From positions 368,268 to 432,267 of the forward strand of contig CBDCQO010000012.1 of assembly GCA_965220655.1 (NCBI GenBank): a stretch of DNA of 64,000 nucleotides, read 5' to 3'. Of the stretch, positions 36,913 to 44,999 are shown piece by piece. How positions within the stretch are numbered: the stretch's first letter is position 1; every line of letters begins with the position of its first letter. The notes beneath the pieces are model-generated. The model ran no database searches, had not been told where the DNA came from, and saw only the letters and a program-made list of their open reading frames with translations. The translations under genes were made by a program, and so were the position numbers. The stretch comes from Dehalococcoidia bacterium. Lineage in GTDB: Bacteria; Chloroflexota; Dehalococcoidia; Lucifugimonadales; Australimonadaceae.

Positions 36913-37668
36913 CTACGGCTCGTCGGGGTCGGCTCGCTGCACCTTGCCCAGGAACACTTCCGTCAGGATGTTCGTCTCGCGGACAGATGCCGGGGTCCCC
37001 TCGAAGACGATGCGCCCCGTGTCCAGGATGTAGGCGCGGTCGACGATGTCCAGGACGCCCTTGATGTTGTGCTCCACGACCATGATCGTTGTGCCCAACC
37101 GCTCGCTGATGAGCGCCACCGTCTGGAAGACCTCTTTCACGATGTTGGGGGCCAGCCCCAGGGTAGGCTCATCCAGCAGCAGCAACTCAGGGTTGGCCAT
37201 CAGGCCCCGCCCAAGCGCCAGCATCTGCTGCTGGCCGCCGGACATCTGGCTCGCGAGGGCGCGCCGCTTCTGGTGCAGAACGGGGAAGAGTTCCATGACC
37301 GAGTCCATGCGGCGCCGCACCTCGGGCCGGTCCCGGAGGTACGGGCACCCCATCTCCAGGTTCTCCTCTATGGTGAGGTGCGTGAAGAGCCGCCTGCCCT
37401 GCGGCACGAACGCGATGCCGTGCTTCACGATCTCGTGCGTGGCGGACGTCAAGCGTTCTCCTCGCCAGTACACCTGCCCGGCGACCACGGGCGCGAGGCC
37501 CATCAGCCCCTTCAAGACGGTGGACTTCCCGGCGCCGTTGGGCCCCATCACCGCCACCACCTCGCCCTTGCGAACGCCGAGGCACGCGTCCTCGAGAGCG
37601 CTGACCGCCCCGTAGCGCACGGAGACGTTGACCATCTCGAGGATGAACGATTCGTTCAGACTTGCCAT
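36913..37668 (-). CDS. ABC transporter ATP-binding protein (LivF type)
   Basis: GPNGAGKST Walker A, LSGGQQQMLALGR signature, LLLDEP Walker B. Confidence 0.85.
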   Translation of the reverse strand: MASLNESFILEMVNVSVRYGAVSALEDACLGVRKGEVVAVMGPNGAGKSTVLKGLMGLAPVVAGQVYWRGERLTSATHEIVKHGIAFVPQGRRLFTHLTIEENLEMGCPYLRDRPEVRRRMDSVMELFPVLHQKRRALASQMSGGQQQMLALGRGLMANPELLLLDEPTLGLAPNIVKEVFQTVALISERLGTTIMVVEHNIKGVLDIVDRAYILDTGRIVFEGTPASVRETNILTEVFLGKVQRADPDEP

Positions 37669-37674
37669 GCCCCG

Positions 37675-38436
37675 CTAGACCCCCAGATACGCTTCGATCA
37701 CTTCAGGCTGAGCCAGGACCTCCTCCGCGTCTCCCTCGGTGAGGAGCTTCCCGCTGTCCATCACGATCAGGTGGTCGGACAACTCCCGCACGATATCCAT
37801 GTTGTGCGAGATGAACAGGATGGTGCGCCCTTCGTTCCGCAGCTGCCGCACGATCCCTTTCACGCGCTCGAGCATCTGCGGGAAGAGTCCGGCGAACGGC
37901 TCGTCGAAGAGGTACGTATCAACGTTGAGGGCCATCGCCCGGCCTATCTCCAGCAGCTTCCGCTGACCGTAGGAAAGGTCCATCGCCAGGGAGCGCCGTT
38001 TCTCCCACATGCCCACGCTCCGCAGTATCTCCTCCGTCCGCTCTCGCTGGCCGGACTTCCCACGTTCGAGGAGCGCAGGCAGGAGGCGCCGCTCCGTCAG
38101 CACCACCATGATGTTGTCCCAGACGCTGATCTGGTCGAACAGACGAACGTCCTGGAACGTGCGGGTGATGCCCAGGCCGGGCGTCTCGTGAGGCTTCACC
38201 GCCCTGAGACGCACCCCGTCGACGACGACCACTCCTTCATCCAGCGGCAGCATCCCGCTCAGGAGGTTGATGAGCGTGGACTTGCCGGAACCGTTGGGGC
38301 CGACGACGCAGGTAATCTTGCCGCGGGGTATCGCTATGGAGAGCCCGTCAACCGCATGCACGCCGCCGAAGTGTTTCGCAACCTCGATCGTCTCCAGGGC
38401 GAAGCGCTCGCCGTCTCTCTCTGTGCGGGTGCTCAC
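37675..38436 (-). CDS. ABC transporter ATP-binding protein (LivG type)
   Basis: GPNGSGKSTL Walker A, LSYGQRKLLEIGRA signature, LFDEPFAG Walker B. 4-nt overlap with the permease stop. Confidence 0.85.
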   Translation of the reverse strand: MSTRTERDGERFALETIEVAKHFGGVHAVDGLSIAIPRGKITCVVGPNGSGKSTLINLLSGMLPLDEGVVVVDGVRLRAVKPHETPGLGITRTFQDVRLFDQISVWDNIMVVLTERRLLPALLERGKSGQRERTEEILRSVGMWEKRRSLAMDLSYGQRKLLEIGRAMALNVDTYLFDEPFAGLFPQMLERVKGIVRQLRNEGRTILFISHNMDIVRELSDHLIVMDSGKLLTEGDAEEVLAQPEVIEAYLGV

Positions 38437-39488
38437 AGCCTGTACCTCCCGAGGAGCCCCTGAGGTCTGAACAGCATCAGCAGGACCAGCAGCACTCCCA
38501 GGATGACCTGGCGCGCCTGACCGACGTACTCGTCAGGCAGGAACGGCAGGAACCGCATACCTTCTTCGAGCAGCACGAACGCCATCGCTCCGAGGATCGA
38601 GCCCCATATCGTGGCCAGGCCGCCTAGGATCACGATGGACACGAGCAGGATCGACTCCAGCAGGATGAACGAGTTGGGGTCGATGAACGTCGTCCAACTG
38701 GCGAACAGCCCGCCCGCGGCCCCGGCCATCATGGCTGAGATCACCCAGACGGTCAGCTTGAAGTGCGTTACCTGATAACCGAAGACCTCGGTCGCCCGCT
38801 CGTCCTCTCGTATCGCGGTAAGCACTCGTCCGAATGAGGAACTCACGATGAACCAGGAGATGAGGACGACGACCGCCAGGAACAGGAGGGCGAGGATGAG
38901 GAACGCCACTTCGCTGACGAAGGCCACGCCGCCTATCTCAGGCTTGGCAATCTCGTGGATGCCGAACGCTCCTCTCGTCAGCGCCCGTGAGTTCAGGAAA
39001 ACGTTGAAGCAGATGACCGCGAAACCGAAAGAGACCAGCACGAAGATGTCGTCCCTGAACCTGTTGAACACGATGCCTACCGCTATGGCAGTCAGCCCCG
39101 CGAGGACGATGCCGACAGGCAACGCGGCAAAGAACGGCCATCCGAACGTGGGGATGGCCTCTGTGCGCAATTGTTCGTACTGTGCGTTCGAGGTGAGGAT
39201 GGCCACGGCGTAGGCGCCGATGCCAAAGAAGCCGATGTGACCGACCGACAACAGCCCCGTGAACCCCACCACGAGGTTGAGACTGACCGCCAGGATCGCC
39301 CAGATGGCGAAGACGGTCCCCAGCGTGATGGCGAACCCGGACCCCTGCCATATCGCGAACACGACAGCCCACGTGATGACGACGAGGTTGGCCCACAGTT
39401 CCAGGTTGCCCCTCGCCAGCCGCGTGAACGCACCCGGCCCGCGCGCCGCTTTCACGAGGTTGCCAACTCCGCCGGAGTCCGTGGACAT
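38433..39488 (-). CDS. Branched-chain-amino-acid-type ABC permease (LivM type)
   Basis: Start taken at ATG 39488 (MSTDSGG), 5 nt after the LivH stop. The track ORF extends into the LivH gene. Confidence 0.75.
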   Translation of the reverse strand: MSTDSGGVGNLVKAARGPGAFTRLARGNLELWANLVVITWAVVFAIWQGSGFAITLGTVFAIWAILAVSLNLVVGFTGLLSVGHIGFFGIGAYAVAILTSNAQYEQLRTEAIPTFGWPFFAALPVGIVLAGLTAIAVGIVFNRFRDDIFVLVSFGFAVICFNVFLNSRALTRGAFGIHEIAKPEIGGVAFVSEVAFLILALLFLAVVVLISWFIVSSSFGRVLTAIREDERATEVFGYQVTHFKLTVWVISAMMAGAAGGLFASWTTFIDPNSFILLESILLVSIVILGGLATIWGSILGAMAFVLLEEGMRFLPFLPDEYVGQARQVILGVLLVLLMLFRPQGLLGRYRL

Positions 39489-39492
39489 AGCC

Positions 39493-40848
39493 CTATCCCC
39501 TCGGCAGCAGTCCCCGGGGCCAGAAAGACAGGAAGAGGATGAGGATGACGAATGAGATGACGTCCTTCCACTCTCCTGCGAGGTCCCAGATGCCGAACTG
39601 TTCAACCATGCCGAGCGCGAATCCGCCGACCACCGCCCCGTACAGGTTCCCCATCCCGCCTACCACGGAGGCTATCCAGCCTTTCAGCATGAGCAGCAGG
39701 CCCATCCGTGGCTGGATGGCCGTGTCGTGACCGCTCAACAGACCGGCCGCCGCCGCGAAGACCGCTCCGATGAAGAACACTATCGCGATGACGACGGTGG
39801 TGTTGATGCCCACCACCTTTGCGACTTCTTCATCGTCGCCGATGGCCCGTATCGTTCTTCCCAGCGATGTCTTCTTGAGGAGGAACAGCAACCCGAGGAA
39901 CCCGGCGATGGCCACGCCGATGGTGAAGATGTTGAACCCCTTGATGTTGCTGCCCCAGATCGTCCACGGCTCGCTCCCGAACGCTCGAGGCAGAGGACGA
40001 GGCGCACTCTCGAACACAATGGCGGTGGCTGCCGTGAGGGCGAGCAACACCCCGAGCGAGGCGACGAGCATGATGAGGGGCGACCGCGCCCGCTTGCGCA
40101 TGTACACGTACAGCCCGCGATACAGGGCTACGCCCACGGCCCCTGCGACCAGGCAGGACACTGCCCAACTCAGGTAGAGCCTCGACCCGGGAGCACCTGC
40201 AAGGAGCAGGCCGCAACACGCTCCGAACAGAGACCCCACGATGATGGAGGCCGCGAGGAGCGTCGTACGGCCGGCCTTTGAGAAGAGGCGCTGTATGACC
40301 CGGCTCACGACCCAACCCGCTACCACGGCTGCCACGGCTCCAACGGCAGGGGCCAGCAGCAGATGAAGGTGGTCCGGACCGGCCAGGACGAACCCTGTGT
40401 AGATGCCCGTGGCGCCTGTGAGCGTCCCACCGGCGATATACAGCGACTTGCGGGTGAAGCGGCTCTGCAGCCGGATAAAGAAGGCTTCGTAAAGCACCCA
40501 GGCGATCACTCCGGCTACGACGAGGGCGAACAGGGCGCTCACGTATGGATTGTTGACGTGGCTCCCGCCTATTGTCTCGGAGGTCCGCAGGTAGAAGACG
40601 CCGTACGCCCCCATCGCCGCCGCGGCGCCGTAGTACAGATCGAAGAACCATACGGTGCTGTAGACGAGAGTGAACCCCAGCGCGAGGAGGGCGTACACGG
40701 CACCCACGGACAAGCCGTTGAAAGCGAATTGCACGGCTTGATCGGGGGACTCGGTTATCTTCCAGACGACGTAGGCAGCCGCCGCCGTGGTCAGAGAGGC
40801 CGCGAGGATCCTGCCTCGGCGTTCACGATATGCGGCGGAGCGTAGCAC
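39493..40848 (-). CDS. Branched-chain-amino-acid-type ABC permease (LivH type), unusually long
   Basis: FNGLSVGAVYALLALGFTLVY and ..LGRTIRAIGDDEEVAKVVGINT.. family motifs are separated by extra hydrophobic sequence. 451 aa. GTG start is uncertain. Confidence 0.7.
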   Translation of the reverse strand: MLRSAAYRERRGRILAASLTTAAAAYVVWKITESPDQAVQFAFNGLSVGAVYALLALGFTLVYSTVWFFDLYYGAAAAMGAYGVFYLRTSETIGGSHVNNPYVSALFALVVAGVIAWVLYEAFFIRLQSRFTRKSLYIAGGTLTGATGIYTGFVLAGPDHLHLLLAPAVGAVAAVVAGWVVSRVIQRLFSKAGRTTLLAASIIVGSLFGACCGLLLAGAPGSRLYLSWAVSCLVAGAVGVALYRGLYVYMRKRARSPLIMLVASLGVLLALTAATAIVFESAPRPLPRAFGSEPWTIWGSNIKGFNIFTIGVAIAGFLGLLFLLKKTSLGRTIRAIGDDEEVAKVVGINTTVVIAIVFFIGAVFAAAAGLLSGHDTAIQPRMGLLLMLKGWIASVVGGMGNLYGAVVGGFALGMVEQFGIWDLAGEWKDVISFVILILFLSFWPRGLLPRG

Positions 40849-40859
40849 TGAGGAATCTC

Positions 40860-40888
40860 AGCCCCCGCGACCGTGGCCGGCGGGGGCT
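40860..40888 (-). promoter_or_regulatory. Intercistronic stem-loop between the binding-protein and permease genes
   Basis: AGCCCCCGC / GCGGGGGCT 9-bp GC stem with an 11-nt loop in the 53-nt gap. No U-tract. Confidence 0.4.
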
Positions 40889-40901
40889 CAGACGATGCCT
40901 C

Positions 40902-42071
40902 CTACTGTGTAGGAGCTCCACCCAGGACCTTGTAGCCCTGGTTATCGTCCGTCCTCTCGCCTACCGGCAGCACCTCAACAACTACGTTGGAGAGGCCAAC
41001 GACTTCACCCTTCTCGTCGAAGCTGAAGTTATCGCCGATAGCCCCGCTCCACGTGATCCCGTACAGGCAGTCTCGGAACCCGTCTGCGTCCTGGTCGTCG
41101 CCGGTCTGCTTAAGGCACTCTGCAGTGATGTACACGTCGTCATATGCCGACCCCAGGTACCAGGGGAGCGTGACATAGTCGTAGGTCTCCCGGAAGTTGC
41201 GGAGCACCTCCTGCGCCTTCTGGTTGGCGGGGTCGAGGTCTGCCGTGATCGCCTTCACCCCGGTCGCGGCTTCACCCGCAACCTCGAGGGCTGTAGCTCC
41301 GATGACGACGACCTCGCCGTAGATGGGCCCGTCGTAGCCGAGCTCACGGGCCTGTTTGACGATGGTGCCGCCGCTGAACTCCGCCTGGGCAGCGATATGA
41401 AGCGCGTCGGGGTTCGCGCTGAACAGCTTCGTCAGCTGGCTCCTGAAGTCGGTGATGTCTGACGGGTAGCGCTCCTCCGCCACAACCTGACCGCCTAGAC
41501 TCTCGAACTGGGCGACGGACGAGCGCCGCACGCCCTCGGCGTAGTCGGTCGCTTCCGTGATGGTGGCCAGTGTGCGGATGCCGTCGGTCCAGAGCACGTT
41601 GCCCGTGTCGATGCCGAGCTGAGCATCGCTCATGGCGGTCCTGAAGATGTAGTCGCCGGCTTCGGCGATGTCCGGGTTCGTAGCCAGTCCAGAGAAGAGT
41701 ACAACTCCGTCGGCTTCCGCCAGAGGCGCCGCCCCGAGCATCGCGCCGCTGCACGACGTGCCCAGGATGATCTTGACCCCGTCCACGTCGGTGAGCTTGT
41801 TGTACGCGGTGATCGCGTCCTGGGCGCTGCACTTCGAGTCCTGCACGATGAGCTCGATCATGCGCCCGTCAATGCCGCCGGCAGCGTTGATCTCGTCGAC
41901 CGCCAGCTGCTTGGCCTGACTGGAGACCGTTCCGTAAGTCTCGCCGGGGCCTGTGAGCGATTCCATCACTCCTATCTTGAACGACTCATCGCTCGCGTCG
42001 TCCCCGCAGGCGACGGCGAGAAGCGCCAAGACTGCCAGGAGGCACACCAACGCTATCTGCCGAATGGACAT
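40902..42071 (-). CDS. ABC substrate-binding protein, type-1 periplasmic binding fold (LivJ/LivK-like), lipoprotein-like signal
   Basis: Start MSIRQIALVCLLAVLALLAVACGDD (ATG 42071, GGAGGGAGG SD). FKIGVMESLTGPG.. is typical of Leu/Ile/Val-binding-protein family members. Confidence 0.8.
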   Translation of the reverse strand: MSIRQIALVCLLAVLALLAVACGDDASDESFKIGVMESLTGPGETYGTVSSQAKQLAVDEINAAGGIDGRMIELIVQDSKCSAQDAITAYNKLTDVDGVKIILGTSCSGAMLGAAPLAEADGVVLFSGLATNPDIAEAGDYIFRTAMSDAQLGIDTGNVLWTDGIRTLATITEATDYAEGVRRSSVAQFESLGGQVVAEERYPSDITDFRSQLTKLFSANPDALHIAAQAEFSGGTIVKQARELGYDGPIYGEVVVIGATALEVAGEAATGVKAITADLDPANQKAQEVLRNFRETYDYVTLPWYLGSAYDDVYITAECLKQTGDDQDADGFRDCLYGITWSGAIGDNFSFDEKGEVVGLSNVVVEVLPVGERTDDNQGYKVLGGAPTQ

Positions 42072-42202
42072 CACCCCTCCCTCCGGAGCCGGTAGTTGTC
42101 TACAACCTCTCACGGCGTGAGTGGTTCCCTCCGATCTGCCGTGCGGGCAGTATCCCCTACGCGAATCTCAAGCCGCAAGGCATTCCGGGGGGCCTTGAAC
42201 CT

Positions 42203-42221
42203 GTTGAGATTCAATCTCAAC
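42203..42221. promoter_or_regulatory. Perfect 19-bp palindrome (candidate operator) upstream of the ABC operon
   Basis: GTTGAGATTcAATCTCAAC, 9+1+9 perfect dyad. An extra AATCTCAA half-site lies about 40 nt closer to the gene. Confidence 0.4.
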
Positions 42222-42280
42222 GCTATGCGAGCAGGTGTTGCAACGAACGGTTGTCAGGCGAGGAAGTAGGTGGTGTGGGG

Positions 42281-42356
<76 letters not shown>

Positions 42357-42401
42357 ACGACGCGCACTCCGCCGCCAAACGGCTGCGGTGCGGCAGCCTC
42401 T

Positions 42402-42410
42402 ACTATAGCA
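42402..42410 (-). promoter_or_regulatory. Extended -10 box TGCTATAGT upstream of tRNA-Ala
   Basis: Reverse complement of actatagca. About 45 nt upstream of the mature 5' end. Confidence 0.4.
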
Positions 42411-42468
42411 CAGGGTGGTGCCCGTCCCGGGGCACAGGGACGCTCCGGCCTTGCGACTGCCTGTCGTT

Positions 42469-42477
42469 TGCTACAAT
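42469..42477 (+). promoter_or_regulatory. Extended -10 box TGCTACAAT upstream of tRNA-Asn
   Basis: TG at 42469-42470 and TACAAT at 42472-42477. TTGCGA lies 15 nt upstream. About 29 nt before the mature 5' end. Confidence 0.45.
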
Positions 42478-42505
42478 AGACCTCGCGCCGGAATGGCGCG
42501 CGCGT

Positions 42506-42581
42506 TCCCGCGTAGCTCAGTTGGTAGAGCGGTCGGCTGTTAACCGATTGGTCGTAGGTTCGAGTCCTACCGCGGGAGCCA
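42506..42581 (+). tRNA. tRNA-Asn (anticodon GTT), CCA encoded
   Basis: Hand-folded. Acceptor TCCCGCG/CGCGGGA, anticodon stem GTCGG/CCGAT with loop CTGTTAA, T-arm GTAGG-TTCGAGT-CCTAC. Confidence 0.9.
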
Positions 42582-42727
42582 ACTCCATGGGAGAATCCTG
42601 CGCTGAGGAGAGTGAAACAGAATGTGCTTGTGTTGAAGCCCAGCGGACAGAACCGAGAACGCAACCACGAGAGAATGGCCCCCGTGGTGGCGGACCACCG
42701 CGGGTGAACACAAAGGAGACGCACATC

Positions 42728-43387
42728 ATGGCGCTACGCATCAACGACACGGCCCCCGACTTCACCGCCGACACCAGCAGCGGCACCGTCAATTTCCACG
42801 ACTGGATCGGCGACGGTTGGGCCGTCCTCTTCTCCCACCCCAAGGACTTCACTCCCGTCTGCGCCACCGAACTCGGCTACGTCGCCAAGCTCAACGACGA
42901 GTTCGCCAAGCGCAACTGCAAGGTCATCGGGCTCAGCGTCGACAAGGTCGAGGACCACCAGCGCTGGGCCGACGACATCGAAGAGATCGGCGGCACCGCC
43001 CTCAACTTCCCCATCATCGCAGACGACCAACTGAACGTCGCCAAGCTGTACGACATGCTCCCCGCCGAGGAGGAGCCCGGAGAGGGCCGCACTGCGGCAA
43101 CGAACCAGACCGTGCGCACCGTCTTCCTCGTCGGCCCGGACAAGAAGATTAAGATGAACCTCACCTACCCCATGAGCACGGGGCGCAACTTCGACGAGTT
43201 GCTGCGTGTGCTGGACTCCTGCCAGCTCACCGCCGGCCACAAGGTGGCTACGCCTGCCAACTGGAACAAGGGCGAGGATGTCATCATCCTGCCTGCAGTC
43301 GACAACGAGGCTGCCAAGGAACTCTTCCCGGACGGCTGGGAGACGGTGAAGCCCTACCTTCGCAAGGTGAAGGACCCCAGCGCGTAA
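42728..43387 (+). CDS. 1-Cys peroxiredoxin (Prx6-like)
   Basis: Start MALRINDTAPDF after an AAGGAGAC SD. Peroxidatic motif HPKDFTPVCATE. No obvious resolving Cys. The track ORF is over-extended across tRNA-Asn. Confidence 0.85.
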   Translation: MALRINDTAPDFTADTSSGTVNFHDWIGDGWAVLFSHPKDFTPVCATELGYVAKLNDEFAKRNCKVIGLSVDKVEDHQRWADDIEEIGGTALNFPIIADDQLNVAKLYDMLPAEEEPGEGRTAATNQTVRTVFLVGPDKKIKMNLTYPMSTGRNFDELLRVLDSCQLTAGHKVATPANWNKGEDVIILPAVDNEAAKELFPDGWETVKPYLRKVKDPSA

Positions 43388-43410
43388 GCTACGTCGGTAT
43401 GCCCCATACG

Positions 43411-43441
43411 TAAAGCCCCCGCGCAACGTGCGCGGGGGCTT
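43411..43441. terminator. Bidirectional intrinsic terminator
   Basis: 13-bp stem AAAGCCCCCGCGC / GCGCGGGGGCTTT with A-run and T-run flanks. Sits between the convergent Prx gene and tRNA-Asp. Confidence 0.7.
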
Positions 43442-43458
43442 TACTTTCGCTGCCGCTG

Positions 43459-43537
43459 CTGGCGACCCGGACCGGATTTGAACCGGCGATCTCCGCCTTG
43501 ACAGGGCGGTGTGTTAAACCAGGCTACACCACCGGGC
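43459..43537 (-). tRNA. tRNA-Asp (anticodon GTC), CCA encoded
   Basis: Hand-folded. Acceptor GGCCCGG/CCGGGTC, anticodon stem CCGCC/GGCGG with loop CTGTCAA, T-arm GCCGG-TTCAAAT-CCGGT. Confidence 0.85.
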
Positions 43538-43548
43538 CGCGGTAGCTT

Positions 43549-43567
43549 GCCCCGGCTACACCGGGGC
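43549..43567 (-). promoter_or_regulatory. Candidate bacterial SECIS hairpin
   Basis: GCCCCGG-UGUAG-CCGGGGC. The stem starts 11 nt after the UGA at 43579-43581. Loop G and U fall at +23 and +24 counted from the U of UGA. Confidence 0.5.
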
Positions 43568-43569
43568 GG

Positions 43570-43803
43570 TCAGAACGCTCAGCCGATCCCATGATACCCC
43601 ACGATGACGAGTTCTCCCTCGACCATCACGGGAGTCACACGCTCACCGCCGGTCAGCTGTTCCAACTCCTCAACAAGTTCGGGATGCTCTTCGAGGTCGA
43701 TCTCCCGGTACTCCACTCCATCCTTCTTGAGGTCGTGGAGCAGCGCATCCGAATACGTGCAGTCGGGACGTGTATAGACGATGAGCTCAGCCTGGCTGAC
43801 CAT
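43570..43803 (-). CDS. Glutaredoxin-like small redox protein, predicted selenoprotein (in-frame UGA read as Sec; C-terminus ..GIG-U-A-F-stop)
   Basis: Thioredoxin-fold pattern ELIVYTRPDCTYSD..VTPVMV.. with CxxS instead of CxxC. The track ORF ends at TGA 43579-43581, then GCG TTC TGA follows in frame. Start ATG 43803 (GGAGG upstream); alternatives are 43827 and 43854. Confidence 0.55.
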
Positions 43804-43875
43804 TGCCTCCGCATCATACCAGCGCATGGCCTGATAGGCTAGGGAGCCATTCACTCACCCGTGCGGAGCCGGAAC

Positions 43876-44853
43876 ATGCCCATGATGCGAGCCGCCATCC
43901 TCAGAGGCCTGCGGGACATCGTCTGCGACGAAGTATCCATGCCGGAATCGGACGGTCAGAAAGCACTCGTGCGGATGCATATGGCCTCCATCTGCGGCAC
44001 GGACCTGCACTACGTCTACCATGGCTGGCCGCGCAACCGGTATCCGATGGAGCCTGGCGAACCGGGGCATGAGGGCGTGGGCACGATCGTGGAGCCAGGA
44101 GCCACGGGACTACCTGAAGGCGCTCTCGTCCTCACCGTTCCGAACATCTGGGAAGCGCGCAACTTCGCCGAGTACCAGGCAGTCTCGCCGCACTTCATCA
44201 TCGAGCTGCCGGAGGGGCGTCCCCTTGCCGAACTGATGATGGCCCAGCAGTTGGGCACCGTCATCTTCGCGGCCCGCAAACTGCCTGGGATGACGGGGAA
44301 AACCGCCGTCGTCATCGGGCAGGGGAGCGCAGGCCTCTTCCACGACTTCTATCTGCGCCGCCTCGGCGCCGAGCGCATCATCACCATCGAACCGAACGAC
44401 GACCGGCGTGCGGCAGGCGTCGCGCTCGGTGCGGACGACGCGCTCGACGTGACCGGCGATGCAGCGGTGGAAGCCGTACTGCAATTGACGGACGGGCAGG
44501 GGGCCGAGGTGGTCGTCGACGCCGTGGGCGGCCACGAGACCCTGGACCAGGCGGTGCGGATGGCGAAAGCAGAGGGGCACGTGCACGTCTTCGGATTGCC
44601 GACGGGGTTCGACCCCGTGCCGTTCGACCTGGGCACGTACTTCCTCAAACGGCTCGACATGCGCACCATATTCGGCGCTCAGGACGAGCCGGGGCTCGTG
44701 TCGTTCCGGCAGGCCCTCCGGCTCATAGCCGAAGGGGAGATCGATATGTCTCCCTACGTAACACACACCATGCCTCTGGAACGGGTAGGCGACGCCTTCG
44801 AACTGGCGCACGAACCCAGCGGCGGCGCGCTGAAGGTTTCCCTTACGATGTAG
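43876..44853 (+). CDS. Zn-dependent alcohol/threonine-dehydrogenase-like MDR oxidoreductase
   Basis: ICGTDLH and GHEGVG zinc motifs, GQGSAG dinucleotide motif. Start is ambiguous (GTG 43861; ATG 43876, 43882 or 43885). Confidence 0.8.
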   Translation: MPMMRAAILRGLRDIVCDEVSMPESDGQKALVRMHMASICGTDLHYVYHGWPRNRYPMEPGEPGHEGVGTIVEPGATGLPEGALVLTVPNIWEARNFAEYQAVSPHFIIELPEGRPLAELMMAQQLGTVIFAARKLPGMTGKTAVVIGQGSAGLFHDFYLRRLGAERIITIEPNDDRRAAGVALGADDALDVTGDAAVEAVLQLTDGQGAEVVVDAVGGHETLDQAVRMAKAEGHVHVFGLPTGFDPVPFDLGTYFLKRLDMRTIFGAQDEPGLVSFRQALRLIAEGEIDMSPYVTHTMPLERVGDAFELAHEPSGGALKVSLTM

Positions 44854-44904
44854 CTGGGTTGCGCATTCCCTGTAAAGCAAGAATCGGGTATGATTCCCTA
44901 ACGC

Positions 44905-44932
44905 TTGACACGCAGCGGCAAACCCTTATAGC
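44905..44932 (+). promoter_or_regulatory. Candidate promoter TTGACA-16-TATAGC for the secreted-paralogue operon
   Basis: Consensus -35 at 44905-44910 and -10-like at 44927-44932, about 68 nt before GTG 45000. Confidence 0.4.
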
Positions 44933-44999
44933 CTCTGCGCCGCACTCGCGGCACGCACGAGTTGTCTGGCCGTGAGCATCGGGTTGAAGGAGGAAAGCC

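Noticed and set aside
36906-36913. Missing terminator between the convergent PrpD and LivF genes, as a sign of mis-assembly
   Set aside because: Both reading frames end cleanly with complete C-termini. Tight convergent packing is also seen at lepA/galU (8 nt), so it appears to be a genome habit and not an artefact.
42681-42706. 9-bp hairpin (CCGTGGTGG..CCACCGCGG) in the peroxiredoxin 5' region as a regulatory element or tRNA-Asn terminator
   Set aside because: There is no U-tract and no recognisable motif class. It cannot be distinguished from chance GC-rich pairing without comparative data.
42521-42727. N-terminal extension of the peroxiredoxin ORF
   Set aside because: It begins inside tRNA-Asn. 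The SD (AAGGAGAC) and the conserved Prx N-terminus support ATG 42728.
43549-43567. Reading the GC hairpin after the glutaredoxin-like gene simply as a transcription terminator
   Set aside because: This is not fully excluded. However, there is no U-tract after the stem (it is followed by AAGCUACCGC and then tRNA-Asp). Its spacing from the UGA, together with the in-frame Ala-Phe-UGA, fits a SECIS better. It is kept as a finding with moderate confidence.
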